The notes under the pieces: generated by a model
Told to the model about the DNA's origin: nothing
Seen by the model: the letters and a program-made list of their open reading frames with translations, nothing else
Database searches by the model: none
Position numbers and translations under genes: made by a program
Shown: positions 45,934 to 53,993 of the stretch, in pieces
How positions within the stretch are numbered: position 1 is the first letter of the stretch
How the letters are laid out: every line of letters begins with the position of its first letter
NCBI GenBank assembly: GCA_018817405.1
Contig: JAHITZ010000046.1
Span: forward strand, 1 to 63,653
Source: Nanobdellota archaeon
GTDB lineage: Archaea > Nanobdellota > Nanobdellia > Pacearchaeales > GW2011-AR1
Direction of reading: 5' to 3'
Length of the DNA: 63,653 bases

Positions 45934-47661
45934 TCATCCCAGATGACTCATTCCCTTCTGAGCCCTCTTAACTTCAATCTTGATATCATCCAATGTAGCA
46001 ATATCCTTCAAATGATAATCCGGCCTATAATGTGTAATCCTAGGAAATCTCATCGCAAACCCTGAATTATAAGTCGGGCTTCCCTGAATATTCTGATACG
46101 TCAAAGAAACAACAATCTTCGGCTTCACCCTAACAACCTTCCCCTTCTCGCTTTCAATCAGAGGCTTCAACAACTTCGTCATCTCAGCATATGTCGTCCC
46201 CTCTTCCTGCTCCAATTCCTTAAGCCCTGAAGAAACCTTCCCAACATCTAAATAGTCTCCATTAGATTGACAAGCAACAATATAGCTCGTAAGCCAACCC
46301 CCACGCTTCCCACTCCCATATTCAGCTCCTGTAATAACCAAATCCAAATCATTCGCGGCCGGTTTCATCTTCACCCAATAACCAACCCTTCTACCTTGCT
46401 GATAGTTAGCGTTCAGATTCTTAACCATGATTCCCTCTTCACCAAGTTTCAAGGCTTCTTTGTAAAACTCTAGTGCCTTCTCCTCACTATCCGTAACAAT
46501 CTGCATGCTCGGTCTTATCTTCCATTTTTCATGCGGAATAATCTTCTCCAAAACCTTCCGCCGCTTAGTGAGCGCCTCCTGCATCAAACTCTTTCCATTG
46601 TAATAAATAACATCAAACACATTAACCTCAACTGGCAAATCCCTCTCTAGTTTTTCAATATCATACTTCCTCCGAATCCTTTGGCTTATGGCTTCAAACG
46701 GCCGCATTGTCTTTGTCTTCGGATCATAACCAACAACCTCACTATCCAAAATCACCTCGCGAGCCTTAACATATTTCTTTACCGTCCTAACAACATCCGG
46801 GAACTGCTTAGTAACATTCTCAAGCCTTCGAGTAAACAAAGAAACATCGTTCCCAACTTTATTAATCACAACCCTAAACCCATCATACTTGTGCTCAATC
46901 GCCGCCGGCTTCCCACAAATCCTAAACGCTTCCTTAATCTCCGTAACCTTCACAGGCAACATCACATTCATCGGCCTCCCAAGCACAATATCAATCTTCT
47001 CCAACGCCTTCTTCCCTTTCGAAGCAGCCTCAAACACAACAGCAAGATCATTCGCCATATCATACGCAACCTCAATCTTTACACTCATTTCTTTTTTCTC
47101 ATCCGGAAACAACGCCTCTGCAATTGCATCCCGCACCGTAGCATCTGCAACTCCAACGCGCAACTGCCCAACCAAAGTCCTAGCAATATACTTAGCCTCC
47201 TTCCCAGTCGCATTCCCAAACAACTCAGCAATCAAAGCAGTCTTCCCACTCACAGCCCCTTTCCCCTCAATACCCATTATCTTCCTAAAATTATTAAATA
47301 CCTTGGAAACCGTCAACCTCTTCGCAAACAAATTAGTCTGCTTCTTCTTCCCAGCAAACTCTTCGGCCAATTCCCCAAGATCACCAACCTTCCTGTAACT
47401 CTTCATAATCTCAGTATCTCTAATCCCAAACGCAAAAGCAATCGCCTTAATTGTCAACTTGTCTGAAATTCCAAGAAGCCTATCATCATAATCCGGAGTC
47501 ACCTTCCCCCTCAAAAGATAAATCCACTCCGGCTCACCTTCCTTAGCAAGCTTATTCAAAAAACCCGCAAGAATCGTCTCCTTCTCAAGCCTCTTTGTCG
47601 TAGCATAAAGCCCCTCATAAACCTCCACAAACTCAGAATAATTCATTTCCTTCTTCACCAT
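45934..47661 (-). CDS. lig: ATP-dependent DNA ligase
   Basis: Adenylation motif I EHKYDGFRV (KxDG). 575 aa, archaeal Lig1-type length. Confidence 0.9.
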   Translation of the reverse strand: MVKKEMNYSEFVEVYEGLYATTKRLEKETILAGFLNKLAKEGEPEWIYLLRGKVTPDYDDRLLGISDKLTIKAIAFAFGIRDTEIMKSYRKVGDLGELAEEFAGKKKQTNLFAKRLTVSKVFNNFRKIMGIEGKGAVSGKTALIAELFGNATGKEAKYIARTLVGQLRVGVADATVRDAIAEALFPDEKKEMSVKIEVAYDMANDLAVVFEAASKGKKALEKIDIVLGRPMNVMLPVKVTEIKEAFRICGKPAAIEHKYDGFRVVINKVGNDVSLFTRRLENVTKQFPDVVRTVKKYVKAREVILDSEVVGYDPKTKTMRPFEAISQRIRRKYDIEKLERDLPVEVNVFDVIYYNGKSLMQEALTKRRKVLEKIIPHEKWKIRPSMQIVTDSEEKALEFYKEALKLGEEGIMVKNLNANYQQGRRVGYWVKMKPAANDLDLVITGAEYGSGKRGGWLTSYIVACQSNGDYLDVGKVSSGLKELEQEEGTTYAEMTKLLKPLIESEKGKVVRVKPKIVVSLTYQNIQGSPTYNSGFAMRFPRITHYRPDYHLKDIATLDDIKIEVKRAQKGMSHLG

Positions 47662-47685
47662 GTAGAAGAAAAGCGGGAGGGGTAT

Positions 47686-47988
47686 TTATTTGTTTCTTCT
47701 CAATCTATTAATCTCTCTCCCAGCCAATCTCCCAAGATATAATCCTCCAAAAAACAAGGCAGCAGTACCTGCTGCTGCAGCTAGCTGATATCCAACTCCT
47801 TCGGGGCTTCCTAACTCTGAAAAAACACCTGGAAGCTCACCTGTCACATACATTCCAGCCCTATCCATTAATTTATACATCTGAGTCGAATGGAACACAG
47901 CTAAGCCAAGTCCAGTAGCTAAGCCTAAAAGTCCTTCCAACGTGCTTTCTTTCTCTTCTCTTGTTTCTTCAGGTTCTTCTTCCTTCAT
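47686..47988 (-). CDS. hypothetical small membrane protein
   Basis: 100 aa with two Gly/Ala-rich hydrophobic segments. Confidence 0.4.
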   Translation of the reverse strand: MKEEEPEETREEKESTLEGLLGLATGLGLAVFHSTQMYKLMDRAGMYVTGELPGVFSELGSPEGVGYQLAAAAGTAALFFGGLYLGRLAGREINRLRRNK

Positions 47989-48545
47989 TTTCTTTCTTTA
48001 ACCTCCTTCCGAGCTCATCTTTTTTCATTAACGAAATCATCCCAAGACAAAAACCGCTCCCACAAAAAAAAGAGCACGCTGGCGCACTTAACTCAATTTC
48101 TTTCCACTTGTCTAATTCACCAAAATAATCCCTGAATTGAGAATCTCCTCTGATTTCTTCAATCTCATTATCACAATACTCAACTGCTCTTCTAGAGATA
48201 TCTTCTATTAATCCGCGACAATCTTTTATTTCAGCCTCATACGCTTGAAGAATAGGGAAACCTCTTGGAACATTTAATTCTCTATAATTATCAGAAAGAT
48301 AAGCACTTACATCTTCTTCCCAGCTCCCTGCATCTCTAAAATCTTCTCTGAGTTCAACAAGAGAATCATATCTCTGAACAGGAAAGTCTTGAGGAGGGGA
48401 AACATGACGAGATCCTGCAAATATAGAGGTCGCCAATCCAACAGCCCCAACAATAAAGAGGAGCCAAACTTAATCTCGTTGCCCGCCCATAAGATCTAAT
48501 TTTCCTTTTTATTTTAGACTTCTGTTCTTCTTCCATACTTCTCAT
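47969..48545 (-). pseudogene. membrane-anchored hypothetical gene with apparent +1 frameshift near 48470
   Basis: ATG 48545 (2 nt after the uppS stop) opens MRSMEEEQKSKIKRKIRSYGRATR. The TM helix VWLLFIVGAVGLATSIFAG and the rest (to 47969) are in the +1 frame. Confidence 0.45.
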
Positions 48546-48547
48546 TT

Positions 48548-49225
48548 TCAAATTCTGTGGGCCGGATTATTTTCCTCCTTGTAAGATTTCCAGCGATCAT
48601 ACTCCTCCAAAACTCTCAACAAATCAGCCCTCTCCACTTCCGGGTTTAACTTATCTAAAACAACTATCTGTGACTGGCCCATTGCATAAACAGGACCACT
48701 TGAAGGTCTCATCTCCTTAGGTCTTATAACCAAGTCTATGTCTGGAAAAAGAAGCTGTCCTCTTAACTCCTCATAATTCTTAGGACCTCCCGCAAGTGCA
48801 TCGTTATAATCCTTCTCAAGGGAATACCCTAATAAAACAACAACTTCTCCAGAAGCACCATTCAAACTTGCTCTCTCTAATCTTTCACAAGCCCCTCTTA
48901 ATTCAAGAGGAATTTTTCCAGAATGATCAATTGCTCTAAACTTAATCGCTCTATTCTCAAAAAACCTATCTTCTTGCAATTCTCCAAAACATTCTCTAAT
49001 TGCATCATAAATTGGTCCTAAAGTTAGATCAGTCCTTTTATGAGTATAATCAGACATTACATGAAAAACAAACTGCTCTGATCTTCCTTCAGCAACAAAA
49101 AAATCAGAAAATAACCTCAATGTCCTAGCGCCAGCATGATAAGCCTCGCTAAAAGGAATCCCTTCCTTCCTAGCAAATCTTCTGTTTCCATCCGGCATGT
49201 ACAAAACTGATTTCGTCTTCGTCAT
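48548..49225 (-). CDS. uppS: cis-prenyltransferase (undecaprenyl/di-trans,poly-cis-polyprenyl diphosphate synthase)
   Basis: N-terminal MPDGNRRFA motif. 225 aa. Confidence 0.8.
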   Translation of the reverse strand: MTKTKSVLYMPDGNRRFARKEGIPFSEAYHAGARTLRLFSDFFVAEGRSEQFVFHVMSDYTHKRTDLTLGPIYDAIRECFGELQEDRFFENRAIKFRAIDHSGKIPLELRGACERLERASLNGASGEVVVLLGYSLEKDYNDALAGGPKNYEELRGQLLFPDIDLVIRPKEMRPSSGPVYAMGQSQIVVLDKLNPEVERADLLRVLEEYDRWKSYKEENNPAHRI

Positions 49226-49284
49226 AATCTTTGCCCTTCCAAAACCTATTTAAACCTAAGTTGTTATTTTTAATAACAACTAAA

Positions 49285-49992
49285 ATGGACATCAATGAAA
49301 AACTCCAACAAGCAGGTCTAACAGGCAACGAAACAAAGGTTTACTTAGAGCTAACAAAAAAAGGTCAATTAACAGCCAACCAAATAGCCAAAAACCTCGG
49401 GATGGACAGAACCCTCACCTACACAATATTAAATCACCTAATCGAAAAAGGTCAAGTAAACTACATAGTAAGGGAAAACAAAAAAACATTTTCCTGCTCT
49501 AATCCAGAAAGTCTTCTAAATCCCATAAAAGCAAAAGAATCATTGATTGAGGAGCTAATAAAAGAACTGGGTAAAATTAAAAGAACAGAACAGCAACAGA
49601 CCGAAATAAAAGTTTACGAAGGAAAAGAAGGAATAAGAACACTAATCAGCCACGCATTAAAAGAAAAAGAATTCTGTTCCTTCGGCTCAACAGGAAGAAT
49701 TTTTTACGCACTATACGAAATGCCTTCTGTTTACAAACAAGTAATAAAATCAAAGATGAAAGTTAAAATCTTAGGAAACAAAAGATACAAGGGGACTGAA
49801 GCATTTGGATTTAAAGAGTTCGAATTCAGATACCTTAATGTAGAAAGCGAAGCAACAACCTCTGTCTTTGGAGATAATGTCACAATCCATCTAATGAAAG
49901 ACAAGCCTGTTATCATTCTGATAAAAAACAAAGATATCGCCCGAAGTTACAAAAATTACTTCGAATTTATGTGGAAATCTGCTAAACGTTAA
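49285..49992 (+). CDS. TrmB-family transcriptional regulator
   Basis: wHTH GLTGNETKVYLELTKKGQLTANQIAKNLGMDRTLTY. Paralog of 13589-14356. Confidence 0.75.
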   Translation: MDINEKLQQAGLTGNETKVYLELTKKGQLTANQIAKNLGMDRTLTYTILNHLIEKGQVNYIVRENKKTFSCSNPESLLNPIKAKESLIEELIKELGKIKRTEQQQTEIKVYEGKEGIRTLISHALKEKEFCSFGSTGRIFYALYEMPSVYKQVIKSKMKVKILGNKRYKGTEAFGFKEFEFRYLNVESEATTSVFGDNVTIHLMKDKPVIILIKNKDIARSYKNYFEFMWKSAKR

Positions 49993-50681
49993 ATCCAACC
50001 CCTCTTCCGTATCCCACCATTATAAATCTGAAACGTCATAGACTTCTCCGGCAAAGACCTGTGTTTCCTCAAAAATACTTCACGACAACCTTTATCATTC
50101 ACCACCTCAATTAAACACTTCCCCCAATATTTCAAAATATCTCCCCCAACCATCCTGTCCTCATCCTCCCACCTGTAAATTTGATTAGTAACCAAAACCG
50201 GAATCTCTTTCTTCCTCGCAATTTCTGCAAGTGTTTTCATCTGCCTTGCGAGTTCAGAATTAATCGTCTGAACAGCCTCCTCGTTCTTTTCCCGCGCATC
50301 TGCAAAATCCAACCGATAAAGAATCGTCATCCCATCCACAACAATCAAATCAATTTGATCTTTCAATCTCTTGTTCAATTCAACAAAAGCCTTCTTCTGT
50401 TCATCAAAACTAGTTGGCTTCAAAAGAAAAATATTCTTCAAAACTTCTTTATGATCTTCCTTATCTCCAACAAGCTGCTTCACCCTCTCGATACTAAAAC
50501 CCCCCTCAGTATCAATAAAAATTATCTTCTTTCCTTTCTTCGCTTGCGACACAGCAGCAAGTAAACAAAAGTTAGTCTTCCCGGTTCCAGGCCCCCCATA
50601 CAAAACCGTAACTATATCACTATCATAACCTCCGTGCAACCATTTATTCAAATCATAAGACCCTGCTGATACTTTAACCAT
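49989..50681 (-). CDS. radB: DNA repair and recombination protein RadB
   Basis: 230-aa RecA-fold protein with Walker A GGPGTGKTNF and no N-terminal HhH domain. Confidence 0.8.
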   Translation of the reverse strand: MVKVSAGSYDLNKWLHGGYDSDIVTVLYGGPGTGKTNFCLLAAVSQAKKGKKIIFIDTEGGFSIERVKQLVGDKEDHKEVLKNIFLLKPTSFDEQKKAFVELNKRLKDQIDLIVVDGMTILYRLDFADAREKNEEAVQTINSELARQMKTLAEIARKKEIPVLVTNQIYRWEDEDRMVGGDILKYWGKCLIEVVNDKGCREVFLRKHRSLPEKSMTFQIYNGGIRKRGWI

Positions 50682-50735
50682 CTAAATTTACAAATAAACA
50701 AATATATAAAAATAATGATAAAACAAAAACAACAA

Positions 50736-50954
50736 TTATTTCTTTTTAACAGTCTTCTTTGCCACAGGTTTTACAGCCATTTCCTCATTCCTTGCGCAAG
50801 GCTTACACTCAACACCAGTCCACGCAGTAATCAAAACCAATACTGCTGCAATGCCGACAACCCACGTACTCGCCGCAGATCCAGCCCAAGGCCAGACCCC
50901 GAACCCAAATGTAGCAAGGGCAAACACTGTCAAGGTCCAATTAATACAAGTCAT
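50736..50954 (-). CDS. hypothetical small membrane protein
   Basis: Start placed at the second ATG, which is preceded by GGAGGTGA. Two TM helices and a Lys-rich tail. Confidence 0.45.
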   Translation of the reverse strand: MTCINWTLTVFALATFGFGVWPWAGSAASTWVVGIAAVLVLITAWTGVECKPCARNEEMAVKPVAKKTVKKK

Positions 50955-51018
50955 TTTCACCTCCATAAAAACAAATCAACACTTATTTTTAAGGGTTTCT
51001 AATTTTATAAATCCTTTT

Positions 51019-51273
51019 TTATTTCTTTACACCCTTAACAATCTTATCCAGGTCCTTCTTTACATCAACAACAGCATCACTAACTTCCTTCTTCACAGTC
51101 TTGCCACTGCTTGTAATTTTCATGACAATTGGCTTTGAAGGATGTTCCCTTCGCCAAGCAGCAAACTCAATTCCTTGCTTGTTTAAATAAACCCTCAAAA
51201 TCTCTGCAACAGTAATATTGTCTAGCTTTGCATCAAGATTATTCTTTTCCTGCTTTAAAATTTCAAGTTCCAT
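51019..51273 (-). CDS. rpoL: DNA-directed RNA polymerase subunit L (Rpo11)
   Basis: MELEILKQEKNNL...ITVAEILRVYL...GIEFAAWRREHPSKPIVMKI matches the Rpo11 pattern. TATA-like box ~26 nt upstream of ATG 51273. Confidence 0.6.
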   Translation of the reverse strand: MELEILKQEKNNLDAKLDNITVAEILRVYLNKQGIEFAAWRREHPSKPIVMKITSSGKTVKKEVSDAVVDVKKDLDKIVKGVKK

Positions 51274-51320
51274 ATTCACTATTCTGAAAGGTCGTTTTTA
51301 AATCTTTGGAAAAAGAGAAA

Positions 51321-51394
51321 AGCGCAGACTGGGATTCGAACCCAGGAAATACTCGGGCTGCAACCGAGCGCGTTAACCACTTCGCCATCTGCGC
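51321..51394 (-). tRNA. tRNA-Cys: tRNA-Cys (GCA)
   Basis: Manual fold: 7-bp acceptor GCGCAGA/TCTGCGC, anticodon stem CTCGG/CCGAG with loop TTGCAGC, T arm CTGGG-TTCGAAT-CCCAG, discriminator U73 as expected for Cys. No encoded CCA. Confidence 0.9.
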
Positions 51395-51489
51395 ATTTTT
51401 CTTTCCACCACCCTCCCCATCTCGTTCCTCTCTTGCTGTGCGGTTCCTCGCCTAATGGCTGCGGACCTGCTCGCTGCGGAGTAACGAGA

Positions 51490-51600
51490 TGGCCCTGACA
51501 GGACTTGAACCTGCGACCTACTGCTCTCTTCCACCTCTAAAATAGACGTGGTTTCCCTCGTTAGAAGGCAGTCGCTCTATCCAGGCTGAGCTACAGGGCC
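51490..51600 (-). tRNA. tRNA-Arg: tRNA-Arg (UCU) with intron
   Basis: Acceptor GGCCCTG/CAGGGCC, D arm GCTC..GAGC, anticodon stem ACTGC/GCAGT, loop CTTCTA|intron|A, T arm GCAGG-TTCAAGT-CCTGT. Confidence 0.85.
51526..51561 (-). other. tRNA-Arg intron (about 36 nt, canonical 37/38 position)
   Basis: The segment ACGAGGGAAACCACGTCTATTTTAGAGGTGGAAGAG lies between the anticodon loop and the 3' stem. Intron TTAGAGG pairs with anticodon-loop CTTCTAA. Boundaries are +/-2 nt. Confidence 0.6.
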
Positions 51601-51654
51601 GTACTCAATAAAAAAACCTTTTCGAGATTATATAAATATTCCCCTCAACCAAAA

Positions 51655-52986
51655 TCAAGGAACATAAACAACTTTCAACTCCGAGGGATTGCCACTTTCA
51701 GATGTTCTCACAGTAAGCCAGCTCCTACCATCCGGAACATTATTCGCAACATCATGCCCCTCCCTCAATCCGAGCAAAGTCCAACCATCTTCTTGTATCC
51801 ACAAAGGCTGAGTTAAATCAATTTCATAATCTGTATTCGACAACAAATCACTAATATCAATCCTATCACTTCCTTCAATCGGATAATCCACCGAACCACA
51901 ATTATCATAATCTTCAGCTATCAAAGAGTCTGGACTAATCTGACTAGTTTGAACCAAGACTATAAAATCATTCCCATCATCATCTTCATTAATAATCAAA
52001 GGCCCTGTCGTAAACCTCAAGCTTGCATCTAAAATTTCAACATCATCTTCTAAACGAGAAGTATCAAACGGTAAGAAAGTCCTATAAATCGAATATTGTG
52101 TTGGAGAATAAGAACCGCTAATGTAGGAAACAGTTCCCCCATACAAAGCAGTTCCGCTACTTGCATAATGAGCAACATTCCAGTCTGCTGCTGTAACACT
52201 AACACTCCCGTCACCTCCCGAAGAAAAGAAAGTCGCAGTACACGTTCCGTCTCCATTATCTACATCACCTTCTGCACAACCAGCAGAAATAATCTGTTTC
52301 ATAAAATCTAAAACCGCATCAAGAAAAGCCCCTGGAGTTCCCTTTTCAGAATTGTCTTGCAAACTTTCACAATCACTATCAGCCGGATAATCTATTTCTC
52401 CATCTCCGTCGTTATCAAACAAATCCTGACACTTTGCCTTTGGGATCACTTCATTTGTATCTTCCAATGAACCACAAGAAAAATCTTCTGGATAATCCTC
52501 AGCCCCGTCATTATCATCGTCAAAACCATTAGAACACTCTGTCCTGCCCGGATCAAACGGCGCCTCTGAATCAGCTCCAGGAGAATCACAGCTTGGGTCG
52601 TCTGGATAATCTGTATAAAAATCATTATCATTATCAATCCCATCTTGACATTCAGTTGGAAGGATATACCCCGAATATCTCAAACAAACAAAACCAACTT
52701 CTTGATCATCCCCGTACAATCCTTCTCCCCATTCACAATCACTGTTCATTCTCTGCGTCCCACAAAAATCATAACTCACATCACCACATTCAGGACTTGA
52801 AAAATGGAAACCTTTATCATGCCAATTTTTATGCCCGTCATCTTTAACATCCGCAACCCTCACCCTTCCAATACTATCTATTCCGGGCCTTAAATCAAAA
52901 TCATCACAAATCTGCGTCAGTTCAATCGCATAAGGCAACCAACCACTATTACTTTGACAATAATCAACAGCGTCATCAAAATTCAA
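51655..52986 (-). CDS. secreted protein with lectin-like N-domain and three acidic Cys-bounded repeats
   Basis: Three C-x-(D/N)-(G/L)-(I/F)-D-(N/D)-D-(N/G)-D...DYP-x-D...C repeats. There is no ATG (track start is TTG), and the signal anchor lies upstream in another frame. Confidence 0.6.
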   Translation of the reverse strand: MNFDDAVDYCQSNSGWLPYAIELTQICDDFDLRPGIDSIGRVRVADVKDDGHKNWHDKGFHFSSPECGDVSYDFCGTQRMNSDCEWGEGLYGDDQEVGFVCLRYSGYILPTECQDGIDNDNDFYTDYPDDPSCDSPGADSEAPFDPGRTECSNGFDDDNDGAEDYPEDFSCGSLEDTNEVIPKAKCQDLFDNDGDGEIDYPADSDCESLQDNSEKGTPGAFLDAVLDFMKQIISAGCAEGDVDNGDGTCTATFFSSGGDGSVSVTAADWNVAHYASSGTALYGGTVSYISGSYSPTQYSIYRTFLPFDTSRLEDDVEILDASLRFTTGPLIINEDDDGNDFIVLVQTSQISPDSLIAEDYDNCGSVDYPIEGSDRIDISDLLSNTDYEIDLTQPLWIQEDGWTLLGLREGHDVANNVPDGRSWLTVRTSESGNPSELKVVYVP

Positions 52987-53066
52987 ATGATTATTATAAC
53001 TACTGCAATAACAAGTAAGACAATCAAAACAGCTGCAATTGGTTTACTAAACCCTTTTTTGTTCAT
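52983..53066 (-). CDS. 27-aa class III signal-peptide-like ORF, probably the displaced N-terminus of 51655-52986
   Basis: MNKKGFSKPIAAVLIVLLVIAVVIIII* ends at a TGA that overlaps the TTG of the large ORF (-1 frame offset). Confidence 0.4.
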   Translation of the reverse strand: MNKKGFSKPIAAVLIVLLVIAVVIIII

Positions 53067-53122
53067 ATAATAAAAACGTTTTTCTAGTTTAAATTTCTTT
53101 GTTAACATAAAAAATATCTCCA

Positions 53123-53232
53123 AGCTCTGTCCAGAGTTACGCGATTTCGCTAAAATTGGGGAGATAGTGTGTGCATAGTCGAGTCAGCGGGAAATCGAAA
53201 TCGCTATGTTTTCTGCAACTCCGGACAAATCT
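53123..53232. mobile_element. MITE-like element, family A copy 2 (~110 bp)
   Basis: Ends AGCTCTGTCCAGAGT / ACTCCGGACAAATCT (12/15 complementary). Same inner stem GCGATTTC/GAAATCGC and AGTCGAGT.AGCGGGAAA box as copy 1, with ~25 nt missing internally. No clean TSD. Confidence 0.4.
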
Positions 53233-53245
53233 CCCTTTAAAAAAA

Positions 53246-53253
53246 CTTATAAA
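53246..53253 (+). promoter_or_regulatory. TATA box for the leadered DUF5679-like gene
   Basis: CTTATAAA lies ~44 nt upstream of ATG 53294, with AGGAGGT SD at 53281-53287. Confidence 0.45.
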
Positions 53254-53293
53254 CTCCTATTTCCTGTGAGTTTTACGAAAAGGAGGTCATTCC

Positions 53294-53446
53294 ATGGCAA
53301 CAACCGGATATTGCGTTAAATGTAAGAAAAAGGTCGAGATTAAGGACCCTAAAGAATCCAAGACAAAGAAAGGGACAAAGATAGCTAAGGGCAAATGCCC
53401 TGACTGCAACACGACCGTATGTAGAATGGGCGGAATTCAAAAATAA
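53294..53446 (+). CDS. small zinc-ribbon protein (DUF5679-like)
   Basis: MATTGYCVKCKKKVEIKDPKESKTKKGTKIAKGKCPDCNTTVCRMGGIQK has a CxxC...CxxC layout typical of DUF5679. Strong SD. Below the ORF-track cutoff. Confidence 0.65.
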   Translation: MATTGYCVKCKKKVEIKDPKESKTKKGTKIAKGKCPDCNTTVCRMGGIQK

Positions 53447-53450
53447 GCCC

Positions 53451-53467
53451 TTTTCTTTTTATTTTTT
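53451..53467 (+). terminator. oligo-T terminator candidate
   Basis: TTTTCTTTTTATTTTTT begins 5 nt after the stop. Confidence 0.4.
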
Positions 53468-53533
53468 CGAATGAGTAGAATTTATATATCTTTCTTTCTA
53501 GTTTCTGAACTAAAAATATAATTTGGAAGTTAA

Positions 53534-53911
53534 TTACATAAACAAGACTCTCAAAATGTCTGCGGGAAATACATCTACAATCTCATCAGCTTCTATATAA
53601 TCAAATTCGTGCTGTGGCCTCTCTCCTCCCTTAGCAAAACTTAGGTGAATATTGAATCTCCCTACTTCCAACGCCTTTGGAGAACACTCTCCTCTTTCAG
53701 CACCAGTTATTGGAACAGACCCATCTTTCCGATTAAAATCTCTACCATACCACTCTGACTCATACAACGGACCACCCATATGCTCATCTGTGAATATAAC
53801 TACTCTTCCAAACCCACTCATATTTCCAAAACTCTGTCGACCCCAACGCGGCTCATCTAAACACCCAACTGGCCCTAACGGTTTGCTTTTGTAAATTCTT
53901 CTTCTACCCAT
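53534..53911 (-). CDS. hypothetical protein
   Basis: First ATG at 53911 lies ~25 nt after a TTTTTATAGG box. No family recognised. Confidence 0.4.
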   Translation of the reverse strand: MGRRRIYKSKPLGPVGCLDEPRWGRQSFGNMSGFGRVVIFTDEHMGGPLYESEWYGRDFNRKDGSVPITGAERGECSPKALEVGRFNIHLSFAKGGERPQHEFDYIEADEIVDVFPADILRVLFM

Positions 53912-53993
53912 AACCTTTTCCAAATTTTTCCCTATAAAAACCTTTCCCCAACCTTAAAGAAACTATTTTATACCCTAATTCTCTCTTTCTAAC

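Noticed and set aside
46681-47466. 261-aa + strand ORF (and 46889-47398) inside the DNA ligase gene
   Set aside because: It is antisense to a well-supported gene, the sequence is low-complexity (P/L/N/R/I-rich), and no motif is present. It is a shadow ORF produced by the compositional bias.
51655-52986. Diversity-generating retroelement target (lectin-like domain in a DPANN-type genome)
   Set aside because: No reverse transcriptase gene is in the window and no template/variable repeat pair is present. The repeat families found do not differ preferentially at adenines.
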